59,318 nt of DNA from Bosea sp. (in: a-proteobacteria) (GCA_036525085.1 DATDBB010000451.1:1-59318); one strand, 5' to 3'. Positions 46,733 through 57,225 are shown, counted from the stretch's first letter. Translations and numbers: made by a program. The notes: generated by a model not told the origin, from the sequence alone.

Positions 46733-46747
46733 TTAACGACCCGTTAA
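46733..46747. promoter_or_regulatory. CtrA-like binding site
   Basis: TTAA-CGACCCG-TTAA at the start of the AT-rich region upstream of the LuxR-type gene. Confidence 0.5.
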
Positions 46748-47251
46748 TTGACTTGCCTGCGCGACGAAATTTGGCTAATGATTGGTTAGGTATTTGACGA
46801 CAGCTTGATCCCGTATCAGGCCGCGCCTTGGTTTTCTGCGAAAATTGCCGTAATCGATCGTTATTCTTATAAGAATTTGTTGTATATGGCCCATGTTCTG
46901 CGTTTCAGTTGAGTTTAGTTGTAGTACAAAATTTAATTAACTTGCTAAATCATCATCATCTTTTTGTGATTGAAGGCGACGATGAGCGATCTATAATTTT
47001 GTTTTTTTGATTTTGTGTTTATTATAGATTGAATTCATTGAGTTTTTTGTCTGGATGGTGTTGCATAAATTTCGATCTTCGCTTTGAGAGAGTGCGCTCT
47101 CACCCTGGCGTCGTTTTCATAGATATTATCTGAATACGAATTCAATTGCGTCAATCTTCGGCGACTCTTTCGAAATGTCTGGCCTTTCATTTTAGCCCTG
47201 ATGGGTATCGCGGTATATTTAATTGATTTTCCTGGTATACAGGAGCGTACA

Positions 47252-48037
47252 ATGAGGGAGAGCAGGGCTTTCGGCATCGTTATTGTCGGAAAATATTCTT
47301 TGATGAAAGAGGGGGTTTATCGCGTACTTCAAGGGCAACGCTTTCGCGCCATCACGTCCGTCTCCTGTGTCGAACAATTGGGCGGCCGGCTTCGAGCCCA
47401 AAAGAACCTGTTTCTCATCGTTTATTGCAACGATGATTTCGATTTCGTCGTCAGCGAGATCGGTCTGGCGCGGGCGCAGTATCCGGATGCCCATATCGCG
47501 GTCGTCGCCGATCACAACGGGCTGACCGAGCCCGCGGCGGCATTCAAGGCCGGCGCGACCGGCTATCTCGTCAACGCGCATTCCTGCGATGCGTTCGTCA
47601 AGTCGATCGAATTGGTGATGCTGGGCGAAACCTTCTTCCCGCCCGCGTTCCCGTCACTGGCGCCAGCCCCCAAGAAGCTCCGCCGTGCCAAGAGCGCAGC
47701 GATCCCCAGTGAAGACATCAAGGCGCCTGCCAGCTCGCCCCCGGACAACGCGGCCGTTTCGCTCCTTTCGCCACGAGAAGCGGGTATCCTGTGCTGCCTC
47801 GTCGACGGCGATTCCAACAAATGCATCGCGCGAAAGATCGGGATCGCCGAAGCGACGGTGAAGGCTCATGTCAAAGCCATCCTGCGCAAGATCCGGGTCC
47901 AGAACCGAACGCAAGCCGCAATCTGGGGCATGAACAACGCGGTGTTGCTCCGGCCGGCCAACAACAACTCCCGCGGCCTGGCCGAACTGCCGGACAAGGT
48001 TCCCCAGGAAGCCACCGTCGGCATCTATCAGTTGTAG
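47252..48037 (+). CDS. LuxR/NarL-type regulator with atypical receiver domain
   Basis: GATGYL, LSPRE..IL..L.DG.SNK.IARK.GI.EATVKAHVK.ILRKI.V.NRTQAA; AGGAG before ATG 47252. Confidence 0.9.
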   Translation: MRESRAFGIVIVGKYSLMKEGVYRVLQGQRFRAITSVSCVEQLGGRLRAQKNLFLIVYCNDDFDFVVSEIGLARAQYPDAHIAVVADHNGLTEPAAAFKAGATGYLVNAHSCDAFVKSIELVMLGETFFPPAFPSLAPAPKKLRRAKSAAIPSEDIKAPASSPPDNAAVSLLSPREAGILCCLVDGDSNKCIARKIGIAEATVKAHVKAILRKIRVQNRTQAAIWGMNNAVLLRPANNNSRGLAELPDKVPQEATVGIYQL

Positions 48038-48171
48038 GCCAAACGCCGAGGATGATCGCCAAGGACTGCTCGAAGGCTGCTCGTCGGTAGGCGCTTTGCG
48101 CTAGCCTTTGGGAGCAGCCGGGCGGGCATGAGTCCAGCCATGCATTAATTCGACAGGCGTGGAAATAGCGC

Positions 48172-48222
48172 TTGACCAGGCGCGCTTGGGCCTTCATCTT
48201 TATTTCCATGGACATCGAAACA
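48172..48222 (+). promoter_or_regulatory. Sigma70-like promoter and imperfect palindrome overlapping the ArsR start
   Basis: TTGACC-N17-CATCTT, ATG 8 bp later; TTTCCATGGACATCGAAA is near-palindromic. Confidence 0.45.
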
Positions 48223-48525
48223 GCAGCTGCGCAGCTCGAGGCCCTCGGCAATCCGACCCGCCTCCAGCTCTATCGTATCCTCGTCCGGGCGGGGCATTGC
48301 GGGCTTCCGGTGAACCAGGTGCAGGAGCGCCTCGGCATCCCGGCCTCGACGCTGTCCCATCACCTGCAGCGGCTGATCCGCAACGGGCTCGTCTCGCAGG
48401 AGCGGCAGGCGACGACCTTGATCTGTCGCGCCGCCTATCCGGCCATGAATGCGCTTCTCGGCTTCCTCGCCGACGAATGCTGCATCGAGGAAGGCTGCGA
48501 GGCCGCCTCTGGAAAGGCCGCGTGA
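48208..48525 (+). CDS. ArsR/SmtB family repressor with C-terminal Cys-Cys site
   Basis: ALGNPTRL, STLSHHL, GLV..ER, FLADECC. Confidence 0.9.
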   Translation: MDIETAAAQLEALGNPTRLQLYRILVRAGHCGLPVNQVQERLGIPASTLSHHLQRLIRNGLVSQERQATTLICRAAYPAMNALLGFLADECCIEEGCEAASGKAA

Positions 48526-48579
48526 GCGGGCTTTCATTTGCCAGATAATTCCATGGTTCCGGTACAAACGGAGGACAAG

Positions 48580-49995
48580 ATGCAGGAGCTTCCCGTCGTC
48601 GTGATCGGTGCGGGCCCCGTCGGGCTCGCCGCCGCCGCCAACCTGGTCGCTCGCGCCATCCCGGTGAAGATCTACGAGGCGGGCGAGGGCGTCGGCGCCC
48701 ATATCCGCGACTGGGGCCATGTCCGGCTGTTCTCGCCCTGGGAATACAATATCGATCCGGTCAGCCGCTCCCTGCTTGACAAGGCGGGATGGCAGGCGCC
48801 CGATCCCGAAGCCTATCCGACGGGACACGAACTCGTTGAGCGCTACCTCGCGCCCCTGGCGGCGACGCCGGAACTCGCGCCCGTCATCGAACTCGGCAGC
48901 AGGGTGACGGCGATTGGTCGCCGCGGCATCGACAAGGTCACCAGCCGCGAGCGCGCACTGCATCCCTTCCAACTGACCGTCCGGGCCCGCGACGGCGGTA
49001 CGCGGCGAACGCTCGCCCGCGCGGTGATCGACGCCTCCGGAACATGGACGACGCCGAACCCACTGGGAGCCGGCGGCATTCCCGCCGATGGCGAGGAGGC
49101 CCTGGCCGGCCGGATCGCCTATGGCATTCCCGACGTGCTCGGCCGCGACCGGGATGCCTATCGAGGCCGGACGACCCTGGTGCTCGGCGCCGGGCATTCC
49201 GCCGCGAACGTGCTGCTCGACCTCCAGGCCCTTTCGGATCAGGACGGAGCGACCAGAGCGATCTGGGTGACGCGCGGCCGCGATCTCTCGCGCGTCTTCG
49301 GCGGCGGTGCCGACGACCGGCTCGCCGCCCGGGGCGATCTCGGCCAGAGGCTGCGCCGCCTGGTCGAGAGCGGCCGCATCGAACTGGTCAGCAGTTTTGC
49401 CGTGGCGGGCATCCGCGAAGAGGACGGACGCCTTTATCTCAATGGCGAGACCTCAGAGGGAGGCCGCACGATCGGGCCGGTCGACCGCATCGTCGCCTGT
49501 ACGGGCCAGCGGCCGGATCTTTCGCTGACCCGGGAGCTTCGCGTCGAACTCGATCCCTGGCTGGAGAGCACACGCATGCTCGGGCCGATGATCGATCCCA
49601 ACCTGCATTCCTGCGGTTCGGTGCCTCCGCACGGACATCGCGAGCTCTCGCATCACGAGCCGGGGTTCTATACCGCCGGGATCAAGAGCTATGGCCGCGC
49701 CCCGACCTTCCTCATGCTCACGGGCTATGAGCAGGTCCGCTCGGTCGTCGCGGCGATCGCAGGCGACTTGCAGGCGGCCGACGATGTCAGGCTCGTGCTG
49801 CCGGAGACAGGCGTCTGCAAGACGGCTCCGTCGAGCGCCTCCGCCTGCTGTGGCGGCCCCGCACCGATCCCGAGCGAGGCCTGCTGCGCCGAAGACGCAC
49901 GTGCGAAGGCAGAAGGGCAGGGCGGGTGCGGCTGCGGTCCGGCCGAGGTCCCGGAGCCCGTCTCGACCTCCGCCTGCTGCGGAAGGCGTACGTGA
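48580..49995 (+). CDS. FAD/NAD(P)-dependent oxidoreductase (flavoprotein monooxygenase-like) with Cys-rich tail
   Basis: VIGAGPVG, DASGTW, LGAGHSA, HSCGSV.PHG, KSYGRAPTFL, tail ACC..ACC..CGCG..ACC; GGAGG before ATG 48580. Confidence 0.88.
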   Translation: MQELPVVVIGAGPVGLAAAANLVARAIPVKIYEAGEGVGAHIRDWGHVRLFSPWEYNIDPVSRSLLDKAGWQAPDPEAYPTGHELVERYLAPLAATPELAPVIELGSRVTAIGRRGIDKVTSRERALHPFQLTVRARDGGTRRTLARAVIDASGTWTTPNPLGAGGIPADGEEALAGRIAYGIPDVLGRDRDAYRGRTTLVLGAGHSAANVLLDLQALSDQDGATRAIWVTRGRDLSRVFGGGADDRLAARGDLGQRLRRLVESGRIELVSSFAVAGIREEDGRLYLNGETSEGGRTIGPVDRIVACTGQRPDLSLTRELRVELDPWLESTRMLGPMIDPNLHSCGSVPPHGHRELSHHEPGFYTAGIKSYGRAPTFLMLTGYEQVRSVVAAIAGDLQAADDVRLVLPETGVCKTAPSSASACCGGPAPIPSEACCAEDARAKAEGQGGCGCGPAEVPEPVSTSACCGRRT

Positions 49996-50232
49996 CCGGC
50001 CGAGCCTGAATTTACGGTCACGCCTTTCGATCGCATGGTGATCGAGCCGCGGCCGGCCCAGCAGCCTCAACTATTCGGCCGCGAGCGTGTCGAGGTTCGA
50101 TGGGGGCTGAGGCGCTCCTTGCGGCTTGATTCTGACCTAAGGTAATGTGGCCCTGCGCGCCGTTCTCCTGGCTTGCCGGGGGCCATTGCTACCCCCTGTC
50201 GGTGGAGTGATCCGCCCCGGCTGGAGGCTTCG

Positions 50233-50781
50233 ATGAATGCGTTCAGGCCAATGACTGAGTTGTGCGGCCGAGCAGCATGCGGGGCGCTGCTGTTCCTGGC
50301 CGGTTGCGCTTGGCCCGGGCTCGCCAGCGCGACGGAGCAGCGAAATCGTCTGGCTCAGGCCCAGGACCCGGCATGGACCTCACGGATTGACACCACCCCT
50401 CGCGGGGTCAGCATCGAAGCGCGAGCCGCGAGCGGGTCGGTCGGCCTGACAGGGGCGTGCGCTACCGCCTTGCTTCGTTCGGGTTTGTGGATGACTCTGT
50501 CGGATGTTTCCGGGCTTCCGCGCATAGATGGCAGGCGGATGACGTTCAGCTTCGCCGTTACCGGGAGGTTCGGCACACAGGTTTTCAAGACCCGGATGCG
50601 ATATGAGGCACCGGGGGATACCTGGCCCACCGAGGGGCCGCTTCCGCCGGATTTCCTGACGGCCTTCGAGACAGGAGGCCTGTTGGCGATCTCCGATGCA
50701 TCCGGGCGGAAGCTCGGCGAATTCAGTCTGAAGGGAGCCGAAGAGGCTGTCCGGCTCATGCGCCGCGTCTGCCACTTGTGA
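50233..50781 (+). CDS. Exported hypothetical protein
   Basis: GGAGG RBS, signal-like N-terminus (LLFLAGCAWPGLASA), C-terminal FSLKGA...C. Confidence 0.65.
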   Translation: MNAFRPMTELCGRAACGALLFLAGCAWPGLASATEQRNRLAQAQDPAWTSRIDTTPRGVSIEARAASGSVGLTGACATALLRSGLWMTLSDVSGLPRIDGRRMTFSFAVTGRFGTQVFKTRMRYEAPGDTWPTEGPLPPDFLTAFETGGLLAISDASGRKLGEFSLKGAEEAVRLMRRVCHL

Positions 50782-50865
50782 CGGCAGAAGATGCGCCGAC
50801 GGTCTCGCGGGAGAGAAACGGCGATCGAGAGACGGAATGCACTCAGCTAACGCGGGGAGGGTTCG

Positions 50866-51897
50866 GTGTTTCGTGTTTTTGCTCTCGTTATCGCCGTCGC
50901 AGTGCTCTCTGGCTCGCACGAGACCGCGGACGCTCGCCCTGCACTCTCGCAGGCCGTGCAGCAATGCCTCGCCGCCGCCGGTGTCATTCACGACCGCAAG
51001 GACGGACGTCCCCGGACGATCGAACCTCGTGTGGCTCTGCCGCCATGTCGCGCCGCTCAGCCCGAGGCCGCGCAGGCGCCGCCGGTCGTCCGGTTCGCTG
51101 TCGGGCAGGGAATGATGACCTCGACGGACCCTCGGGAAGTCCAGGACGGCGTGGCCCTGATCGAGCGCGCTGCGGCGGAGGGGCTGCCGCAGGCGCAGTT
51201 CCGGCTTGGCGCCCTGTATGAGCAGGGCTTCTTCAAGCACCGCGATCGTTGCACGGAGTTCAACGAGTGCCGGGCCAGAGATCGCCGACAGGCCGAGGAG
51301 GCGCTGAAATACTACGCATTGGCCGCGCCGGGATATGGTCACGCGGCGAGCGCGATGGGGTACGCTCACTATTACGGCGCCTATGGCGCCCGGCGGGATT
51401 TGGCCAAGGCTTTCGAATACCTGACCAGAGCTGCCGAGGCCGGCGTCCCCGCCGCGATGCGATTGCTCGGCCCGATGTATATGAGCGCGCACGGGGCGCC
51501 GATGGACAAGGTGCGGGGGCTGGAACTCGTCGGCCTGGCGGCTCAGATGGGCGATCGGCAAGCGTAGGAAATGATGGGCGACTACGCGCTTCGCGGCGAC
51601 GGAATCCAAGCCAACCGCAGCCTCGCGATCGCGTGGTATCAGAAGGCGAAGCGCAACGGCGGCACGATCGCAGCGGACAAGTTGCGACAACTGGGCGTCA
51701 CGGAGTGGACGACCGGCGAGATCATCCTGGGCGCCACCATTGCCGGCATTGTTCTCATGACGCTCACGCCGGACGGGCCGGAGGGACGCGCGCGCGCCGA
51801 GAAGGCTCTCAGAGGTCACGACTGCGCATACCCATGGATGGTATTCGACGCTTATAGCTGCATCCACATGGACTCAAGGGTCGTCGTGCCAAGATGA
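50866..51897 (+). pseudogene. Sel1-like repeat protein interrupted by an in-frame TAG at 51565-51567
   Basis: ORFs 50866..51567 and 51571..51897 are in the same frame; AAQMGDRQA*EMMGDYALRGDG continues a Sel1 repeat. Confidence 0.8.
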
Positions 51898-51960
51898 GGC
51901 CGCGCGCGCGGCAACCGTGATCAGCTCCACCGAGCTTCAACGCCCTTCCTCGTGCGCAGT

Positions 51961-52746
51961 CTAATCGATGATGTGATAGCCGCCGTCGATATAAATGACC
52001 TGGCCGGTGATCAGCCTTGCGGCATCGTGCGCGAGGAAAGCCGTCGCCGCCCCGACATCGTCGATCTTCACCAGCTCGCGGGCCGGCGCCTTCCGCTTGG
52101 CCTTGTCCAGCAGCGCGTCGAATTCAGGGATGCCTGAGGCGGCGCGCGTCGCCAGCGGGCCGGGCGAAATGGCGTGCACGCGAATGCCCTTGGGGCCCAG
52201 CTCGGCGGCCATGTAGCGCACGGAGGCTTCCAGCGCCGCCTTCGCGACGCCCATAATGTTGTAGTTCTCCACCACCATCTGCGAGCCGTAATAGGTCATG
52301 GTGAAGAGGGTGCCTCCATTCTTCATGAGAGGTTCGGCGAGCTGCGCCATCCGGATGAACGACCAGCACGAGACCTCCATGGTCTTCAGGAAGCCGTCCA
52401 GGGGAGCGTCGGTCACGCGCCCGGCCAGCGTGTCGCGCGGCGCGAAGGCGATGGAATGGACGAGGAAGTCGAGCTCGCCCCAGCTCTCGGCGATGCGTTC
52501 GAAGACGGCCTCGATCTGCCCGGGCACCGTGGCATCCAGCGGCAAGAGGATCGGTGCTTCCACCTCCCGGGCGAGCGGCTCGACATAGGGGCGTGCCTTC
52601 TCGTTGAGATAGGTCACGGCCAGTTCGGCGCCGAAGGCGCGAAAGGCCCGGGCGCAGCCCCAGGCAATCGAATGCTCGTTGGCGATTCCGACGATCAGGC
52701 CCTTCTTGCCTTCAAGGAGCTTGGCTTTGACGGCGGGAATGGTCAT
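51961..52746 (-). CDS. fabI: Enoyl-ACP reductase
   Basis: GIANEHSIAWG, HSIAFAP, YNIMGVAKAALE, SPGPLATRAASGI. Confidence 0.93.
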   Translation of the reverse strand: MTIPAVKAKLLEGKKGLIVGIANEHSIAWGCARAFRAFGAELAVTYLNEKARPYVEPLAREVEAPILLPLDATVPGQIEAVFERIAESWGELDFLVHSIAFAPRDTLAGRVTDAPLDGFLKTMEVSCWSFIRMAQLAEPLMKNGGTLFTMTYYGSQMVVENYNIMGVAKAALEASVRYMAAELGPKGIRVHAISPGPLATRAASGIPEFDALLDKAKRKAPARELVKIDDVGAATAFLAHDAARLITGQVIYIDGGYHIID

Positions 52747-52758
52747 GGCAGCCTCGGT

Positions 52759-53940
52759 TCAATGGGCGGCGGAGATCAGATGGAGGGTATGGCGGGCGAT
52801 CATCAGCTCTTCGTCGGTGGGAACGACATGGATGCTGACGCGGCTTCCCGCCGCCGAGATCAGCGCCGCACCGGCCGCATTGGCCTGCGGATCGAACTCG
52901 GCCCCCAGCCAGGCGATACGGCGGACGATGCGCTCGCGCAGTGCCGGCGCGTTCTCGCCGATGCCGGCGGTGAAGACGAGCGCGTCGAGCCCGCCGAGCG
53001 CGGCCGTCAGCGAACCGATGCTGAGCGCGCAGCGATAGACGAAGTGGTCGATCGCGAAAGCGGCACGCGGATCGTCGCTCGCAAGCAGCGCGCGCATGTC
53101 GTTGGAGATACCGGACAAGCCCTTCAGCCCGGCCTCGTGATAGAGCAGCTTCGACACCGCCTCGGCCGACATGCCCTTCTGCATGATCAGGTGCAGCACG
53201 ACGCCGGGGTCGAGCTGTCCGGGCCGTGTCCCCATCGGGAGACCGTCGAGCGCGGTGAAACCCATCGTGCTCTCGACGCTGCGTCCGTCGAGCAGGGCGC
53301 ACATCGAGGCACCGCTGCCGAGATGGGCGATGATGACGCGCCCGGCGGCTCGCTCCGGACAGGTCTCGCGGAGGCGTCCGGCGACATATTCGTACGACAA
53401 TCCATGGAAGCCGTAGCGCCGTATGCCCTCCTCGTGGAACGCCAGAGGCAGCGCATAGCAATCGGCCAGTGCCGGGTGGTCGCGATGGAAGGCCGTATCG
53501 AAGCAGGCCACCTGCACGACATCCGGGTTGATGTCCATGGCGAGCCGGATCGGCAGCAGATTATTGGGCTGATGCAAGGGAGCAAGCTCCGCATAGGTCG
53601 CCAGCCTGTCGAGGAGAGCGTGGTCGATGACGGTCGGTGCGGCATGGTCGGGGCCGCCATGGACGACGCGGTGCCCGATCGCCTTGAGGCTGAACCCTTC
53701 CAGGGCGCGCAGCCAGGTGCGGGCCTTTTCGATCGCTCTGGGGAGATCGGGCACCTCCTCGCGCCCAAAGGCGAGATCGACCAAGGGCACGCCCCTGGCG
53801 TCGGAGGCGCGCAGGCGGGGTTGCACCCCGATGCCATCGAGTTGCCCGCGCAGCTGTTGCGTCAGCCCGGCGTCGGAGACGGTGAAGATCTGGAACTTGA
53901 GGCTCGACGAGCCGGCGTTCACCACCAGGATCGCATCCAT
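52759..53940 (-). CDS. ackA: Acetate/propionate kinase
   Basis: [44 protein letters not shown]. Confidence 0.95.
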   Translation of the reverse strand: MDAILVVNAGSSSLKFQIFTVSDAGLTQQLRGQLDGIGVQPRLRASDARGVPLVDLAFGREEVPDLPRAIEKARTWLRALEGFSLKAIGHRVVHGGPDHAAPTVIDHALLDRLATYAELAPLHQPNNLLPIRLAMDINPDVVQVACFDTAFHRDHPALADCYALPLAFHEEGIRRYGFHGLSYEYVAGRLRETCPERAAGRVIIAHLGSGASMCALLDGRSVESTMGFTALDGLPMGTRPGQLDPGVVLHLIMQKGMSAEAVSKLLYHEAGLKGLSGISNDMRALLASDDPRAAFAIDHFVYRCALSIGSLTAALGGLDALVFTAGIGENAPALRERIVRRIAWLGAEFDPQANAAGAALISAAGSRVSIHVVPTDEELMIARHTLHLISAAH

Positions 53941-53944
53941 GCGG

Positions 53945-54916
53945 CTAGACCGCCGGCACGGTGGCGGCGCGTCGCCGTGCGGCCGCGTAGAGCGCGGCGA
54001 TGGCGCAGGAGGCCAGCCGCGTCCGCACCGAATCCGCGCGCGAGGTCAGGATGATCGGCACGCGCGCACCCAGGACGATGCCGGCCGCATCGGCATGTGA
54101 CAGGAAGGTCAGATTCTTCGCCAGCATGTTGCCGGCCTCGAGATCGGGAACGACGAGGATCTGCGCATGCCCCGCGACCGGAGAGGCGATGCCCTTGATC
54201 GCGGCGGCCTCGGGCGAAATGGCGTTGTCGAAGGCGAGGGGGCCATCGACCAGCGCACCGGTGATCTGTCCGCGGTCGGCCATCTTGCACAGCGCCGCTG
54301 CGTCCAGCGTCGAGGGCATCTTGGTGGTCACCGTCTCGACGGCCGAGAGGATCGCGACTCTGGGAATGCCGAGGCCGATCCCGGCCCACAGATCGACGGC
54401 GTTCTGGACGATGTCCCGCTTGGCGTCGAGATCCGGGAAGATGTTGATCGCGGCGTCGGTGATGAAGAGTGTTTCGGGGTGGCCGGGCACGTCCATGATG
54501 AAGACGTGGCTGATGCGCCGTTCCGTGCGCAGCCCGGTGGCGGAGGCCGCGACCTCGCGCATCAACTCGTCGGTATGGAGGCTGCCCTTCATCAATAGTT
54601 CGCCGCGCCCCTCCCGGACGAGCCTGACCGCTTCGGCCGCCGCGGCATGGCTGTGCGGCGCATCGACGATCTCGACGCTGCCGAGATCCAGCCCCTCGGC
54701 CTGCGCGACGTCGCGGATCCTGTGTTGTGGGCCGACCAGGATCGGCGTGATCAAGCCCTCGTCGCGCGCCTCCAGAGCGCCGCGAAGAGAGGTCGCGTCG
54801 CAGGGGTGAGCGACAACCGTCAGCGCCGGCGTGCCGCTCCGAGCCGCCGCGATCAGCCGGTCGTATTTTGAAAGGGCCTGCGCCGCGGCCGGTGTGTCGA
54901 CGTCTGTCGAATGCAT
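53945..54916 (-). CDS. Phosphate acetyl/butyryltransferase
   Basis: [35 protein letters not shown]. Confidence 0.92.
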   Translation of the reverse strand: MHSTDVDTPAAAQALSKYDRLIAAARSGTPALTVVAHPCDATSLRGALEARDEGLITPILVGPQHRIRDVAQAEGLDLGSVEIVDAPHSHAAAAEAVRLVREGRGELLMKGSLHTDELMREVAASATGLRTERRISHVFIMDVPGHPETLFITDAAINIFPDLDAKRDIVQNAVDLWAGIGLGIPRVAILSAVETVTTKMPSTLDAAALCKMADRGQITGALVDGPLAFDNAISPEAAAIKGIASPVAGHAQILVVPDLEAGNMLAKNLTFLSHADAAGIVLGARVPIILTSRADSVRTRLASCAIAALYAAARRRAATVPAV

Positions 54917-54918
54917 CG

Positions 54919-57120
54919 CTAGGCCTTCCGTTTCGCGGCAATGTGAAGCTTGGCAGGCGCGCGCGTCTCCGGGGCTGCGGCCGCGAACAGGCTTCTGATC
55001 TCGTCCAGGCGGTCTTTCGCCTGTGCCGAGAGCGGTCCCCGCGCTGTCGCCACCTGCTCGATCAGTGCGAAGGCGGCGTCCCTGGTTTCGGCATCGGGCG
55101 GCAGCAGTTCTGGAAGCGTCCGCAGCGCCTCGGCCCGATCGATCAGCAGCATGAAGAACTGTTCGCGGGTCAGCGCCTTGAACTCAGCCAGCGTCAGGCT
55201 GCGGGCCTGTTCCCCCTGCTTGCGCAAGCGGCGGATCGCCTCGAAGCTGCGCTCGTCGACGCTTTCCCGGGCCATGCCGATATAGACTAGCGCCCTCACG
55301 CAGGCATGGAGCAGCCCGCCCTGAGCGAAGCCGCCACGCAGCTCCGCGATGCGCTTCTCGACAAGTTCGGCATGAAGCCGGCTTCGCGCTGCGCGTCTCG
55401 GCCGCATCGGCGAACTCGGGTCGATGCCGACGGCCGATTGCAGCAGGCGCGAGCCATAGATCGAGCGGAACGCCTGCTCGGACATCTGCTCGGCCGTCCG
55501 GCGCCAGCCATCGAGCGCGTTGACGATCTGCTCGGAGAAAGCCTCCTGCGCCTTCAGAAACACATTGTCGCCGGCGACCGGCCGACGTTCCTCGCGTACC
55601 TGGCGCGCGGTCGCCTCGAGCCAGAACAGGAACGGATTCTGCGCGCCGAACATCTCATATTGCAGGCGAAGCGGATGCAGTCTGCGCAAAGCCTGCGCGA
55701 CCGCCGGATTGGCGGCTGCCTGGATCCAGGGCTGGACCAGCGCGCGATAGAGCGAGAGGTTGGTCTCGGACACCCGTGCCGCCGTCGCGAAGCGGCGTTC
55801 GTCGTCGAGGTCGTTGCCCCCGAGCGCGCGGATGTCGTCGAGCGTGCGCGCCTCGCAGCGCATGACCCATTCACCGGTCACCAGATCGGGATTGTCCTGC
55901 GCGCCGGCCTTGGGTTCGAAGACCGCCTCGTAGAGCCCGGGCGGCAGCATGTCGATGAAATCGATGTTGGAGGCGAATTCGTCGTGCTCCTTGCGAGCCA
56001 CGCCTGCCGATACGAAGATGCCGAGATGTCCGACCTTGTCGTGGATGGCGTAGACGATCGTCTGGCCATAGGAGCGAATTTCGTCGACGCTGCCGTAGAG
56101 ATCGAGAATCCAGTCCAACGCCTGCTGCGGCGGCGTGATGTTGTCGCCCTTCGAGCAGAAGACGACGATCGGCGAGCGAATATTGCGCAGGTCGATCGAG
56201 GTGCCGTCCGAGGTCCTGATCTCGCCGCAGGCCAGCCTGTTGCCGATGAAGAGCTCGTCGACGATGAACTGGATCTCCTCGGCGTTCAGCGTGACGTGCC
56301 CGCCCCACCATTTCTCGAAGCCGAGATAGCGCTCCGCCTCCGTGTCGATCTTCGAATAGAGGTTGTACTGCTTGCTCCAGAGAGTGTTCGCCGGGTTCTG
56401 GTTCTCGAAATTCTGGACCAGCCACGCCCCGTCGAACACGCCCGCGCCGAGATCGCTGGTGAGTGCGGTCAGCCAACTGCCTCCGAGGAGACCGCCGGAA
56501 TAGCGCATCGGGTTCTCGCCCTTGACGCCGGCCCAGTATGACAGGGGCGAGCCGGCGAGGATGATCGGGCCGAACAGCTCGGGCCTGATCGCGGCGAGCA
56601 TCATGACGGCCCAGCCGGCCTGGCAGTTCCCGACGACGCAGGGCCGGCCCTCCGCCTTCGGATGACGGGAGGCGACCGTCTCGAGAAAGGCGGCCTCTGC
56701 GTGCGCTATATCGTCGATGGTCTGGCCGGGTACGGGCTCGGGCAGGAAGCCGATGAAATAGCAGGGGTGCCCGGCCTTGAGGGCCACGCCGATTTCGCTG
56801 TCGGCCTTGAAGCCGCCGATGCCCGGCCCGTGTCCGGCGCGCGGATCGACGATGACGAAGGGGCGCTTGGTTTCGTCGATGACGATGCCAGGCGGCGGCA
56901 GGATGCGCGCCAGAAGGTAGTTCACCGGGCGGGCAAGCTGGCGCCCGTCGCCGATCAGCTCGGCCTGGTAATCCAGGACGTGCGGCGCCTGCTGCGCGAT
57001 ATGGTCCTCATATTGCAGGCCCCGGCGTCGCAGCGTGTCGAGGAACAATATCCAGCGCTGCGCGGCATCGACCGCGTAGGACAGGGCTCCGTTCATGGCA
57101 TCGTCCGTGCTTTCGAGCAT
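54919..57120 (-). CDS. DUF3141 alpha/beta-hydrolase (PHA synthase-like)
   Basis: DPRAGHGPGIGGFK, GNCQAGW, GDNITPPQQAL, GHLGIFVS. Confidence 0.9.
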   Translation of the reverse strand: MLESTDDAMNGALSYAVDAAQRWILFLDTLRRRGLQYEDHIAQQAPHVLDYQAELIGDGRQLARPVNYLLARILPPPGIVIDETKRPFVIVDPRAGHGPGIGGFKADSEIGVALKAGHPCYFIGFLPEPVPGQTIDDIAHAEAAFLETVASRHPKAEGRPCVVGNCQAGWAVMMLAAIRPELFGPIILAGSPLSYWAGVKGENPMRYSGGLLGGSWLTALTSDLGAGVFDGAWLVQNFENQNPANTLWSKQYNLYSKIDTEAERYLGFEKWWGGHVTLNAEEIQFIVDELFIGNRLACGEIRTSDGTSIDLRNIRSPIVVFCSKGDNITPPQQALDWILDLYGSVDEIRSYGQTIVYAIHDKVGHLGIFVSAGVARKEHDEFASNIDFIDMLPPGLYEAVFEPKAGAQDNPDLVTGEWVMRCEARTLDDIRALGGNDLDDERRFATAARVSETNLSLYRALVQPWIQAAANPAVAQALRRLHPLRLQYEMFGAQNPFLFWLEATARQVREERRPVAGDNVFLKAQEAFSEQIVNALDGWRRTAEQMSEQAFRSIYGSRLLQSAVGIDPSSPMRPRRAARSRLHAELVEKRIAELRGGFAQGGLLHACVRALVYIGMARESVDERSFEAIRRLRKQGEQARSLTLAEFKALTREQFFMLLIDRAEALRTLPELLPPDAETRDAAFALIEQVATARGPLSAQAKDRLDEIRSLFAAAAPETRAPAKLHIAAKRKA

Positions 57121-57211
57121 GTCGTCGCGCTCCGAGACTATTCAGGTCAGAAGGCGGTAGGCGTTTTCAGGGGGACAGCGTCGACGCTACTCGCGAAACC
57201 GGCACGAGTCT

Positions 57212-57225
57212 TTGATCCAAACCAA
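57212..57225. promoter_or_regulatory. FixK/Fnr box candidate
   Basis: TTGAT-CCAA-ACCAA, one mismatch to TTGAT-N4-ATCAA, about 100 bp upstream of the DUF3141 operon. Confidence 0.6.

Noticed and set aside
51565-51567. Pyrrolysine codon
   Set aside because: No pyl genes in the window and not a methylamine methyltransferase context; a point mutation is simpler
57200-57216. Sigma54 promoter (CGGCAC...)
   Set aside because: No GC at the -12 position and it points away from the operon; the FixK-like box fits better
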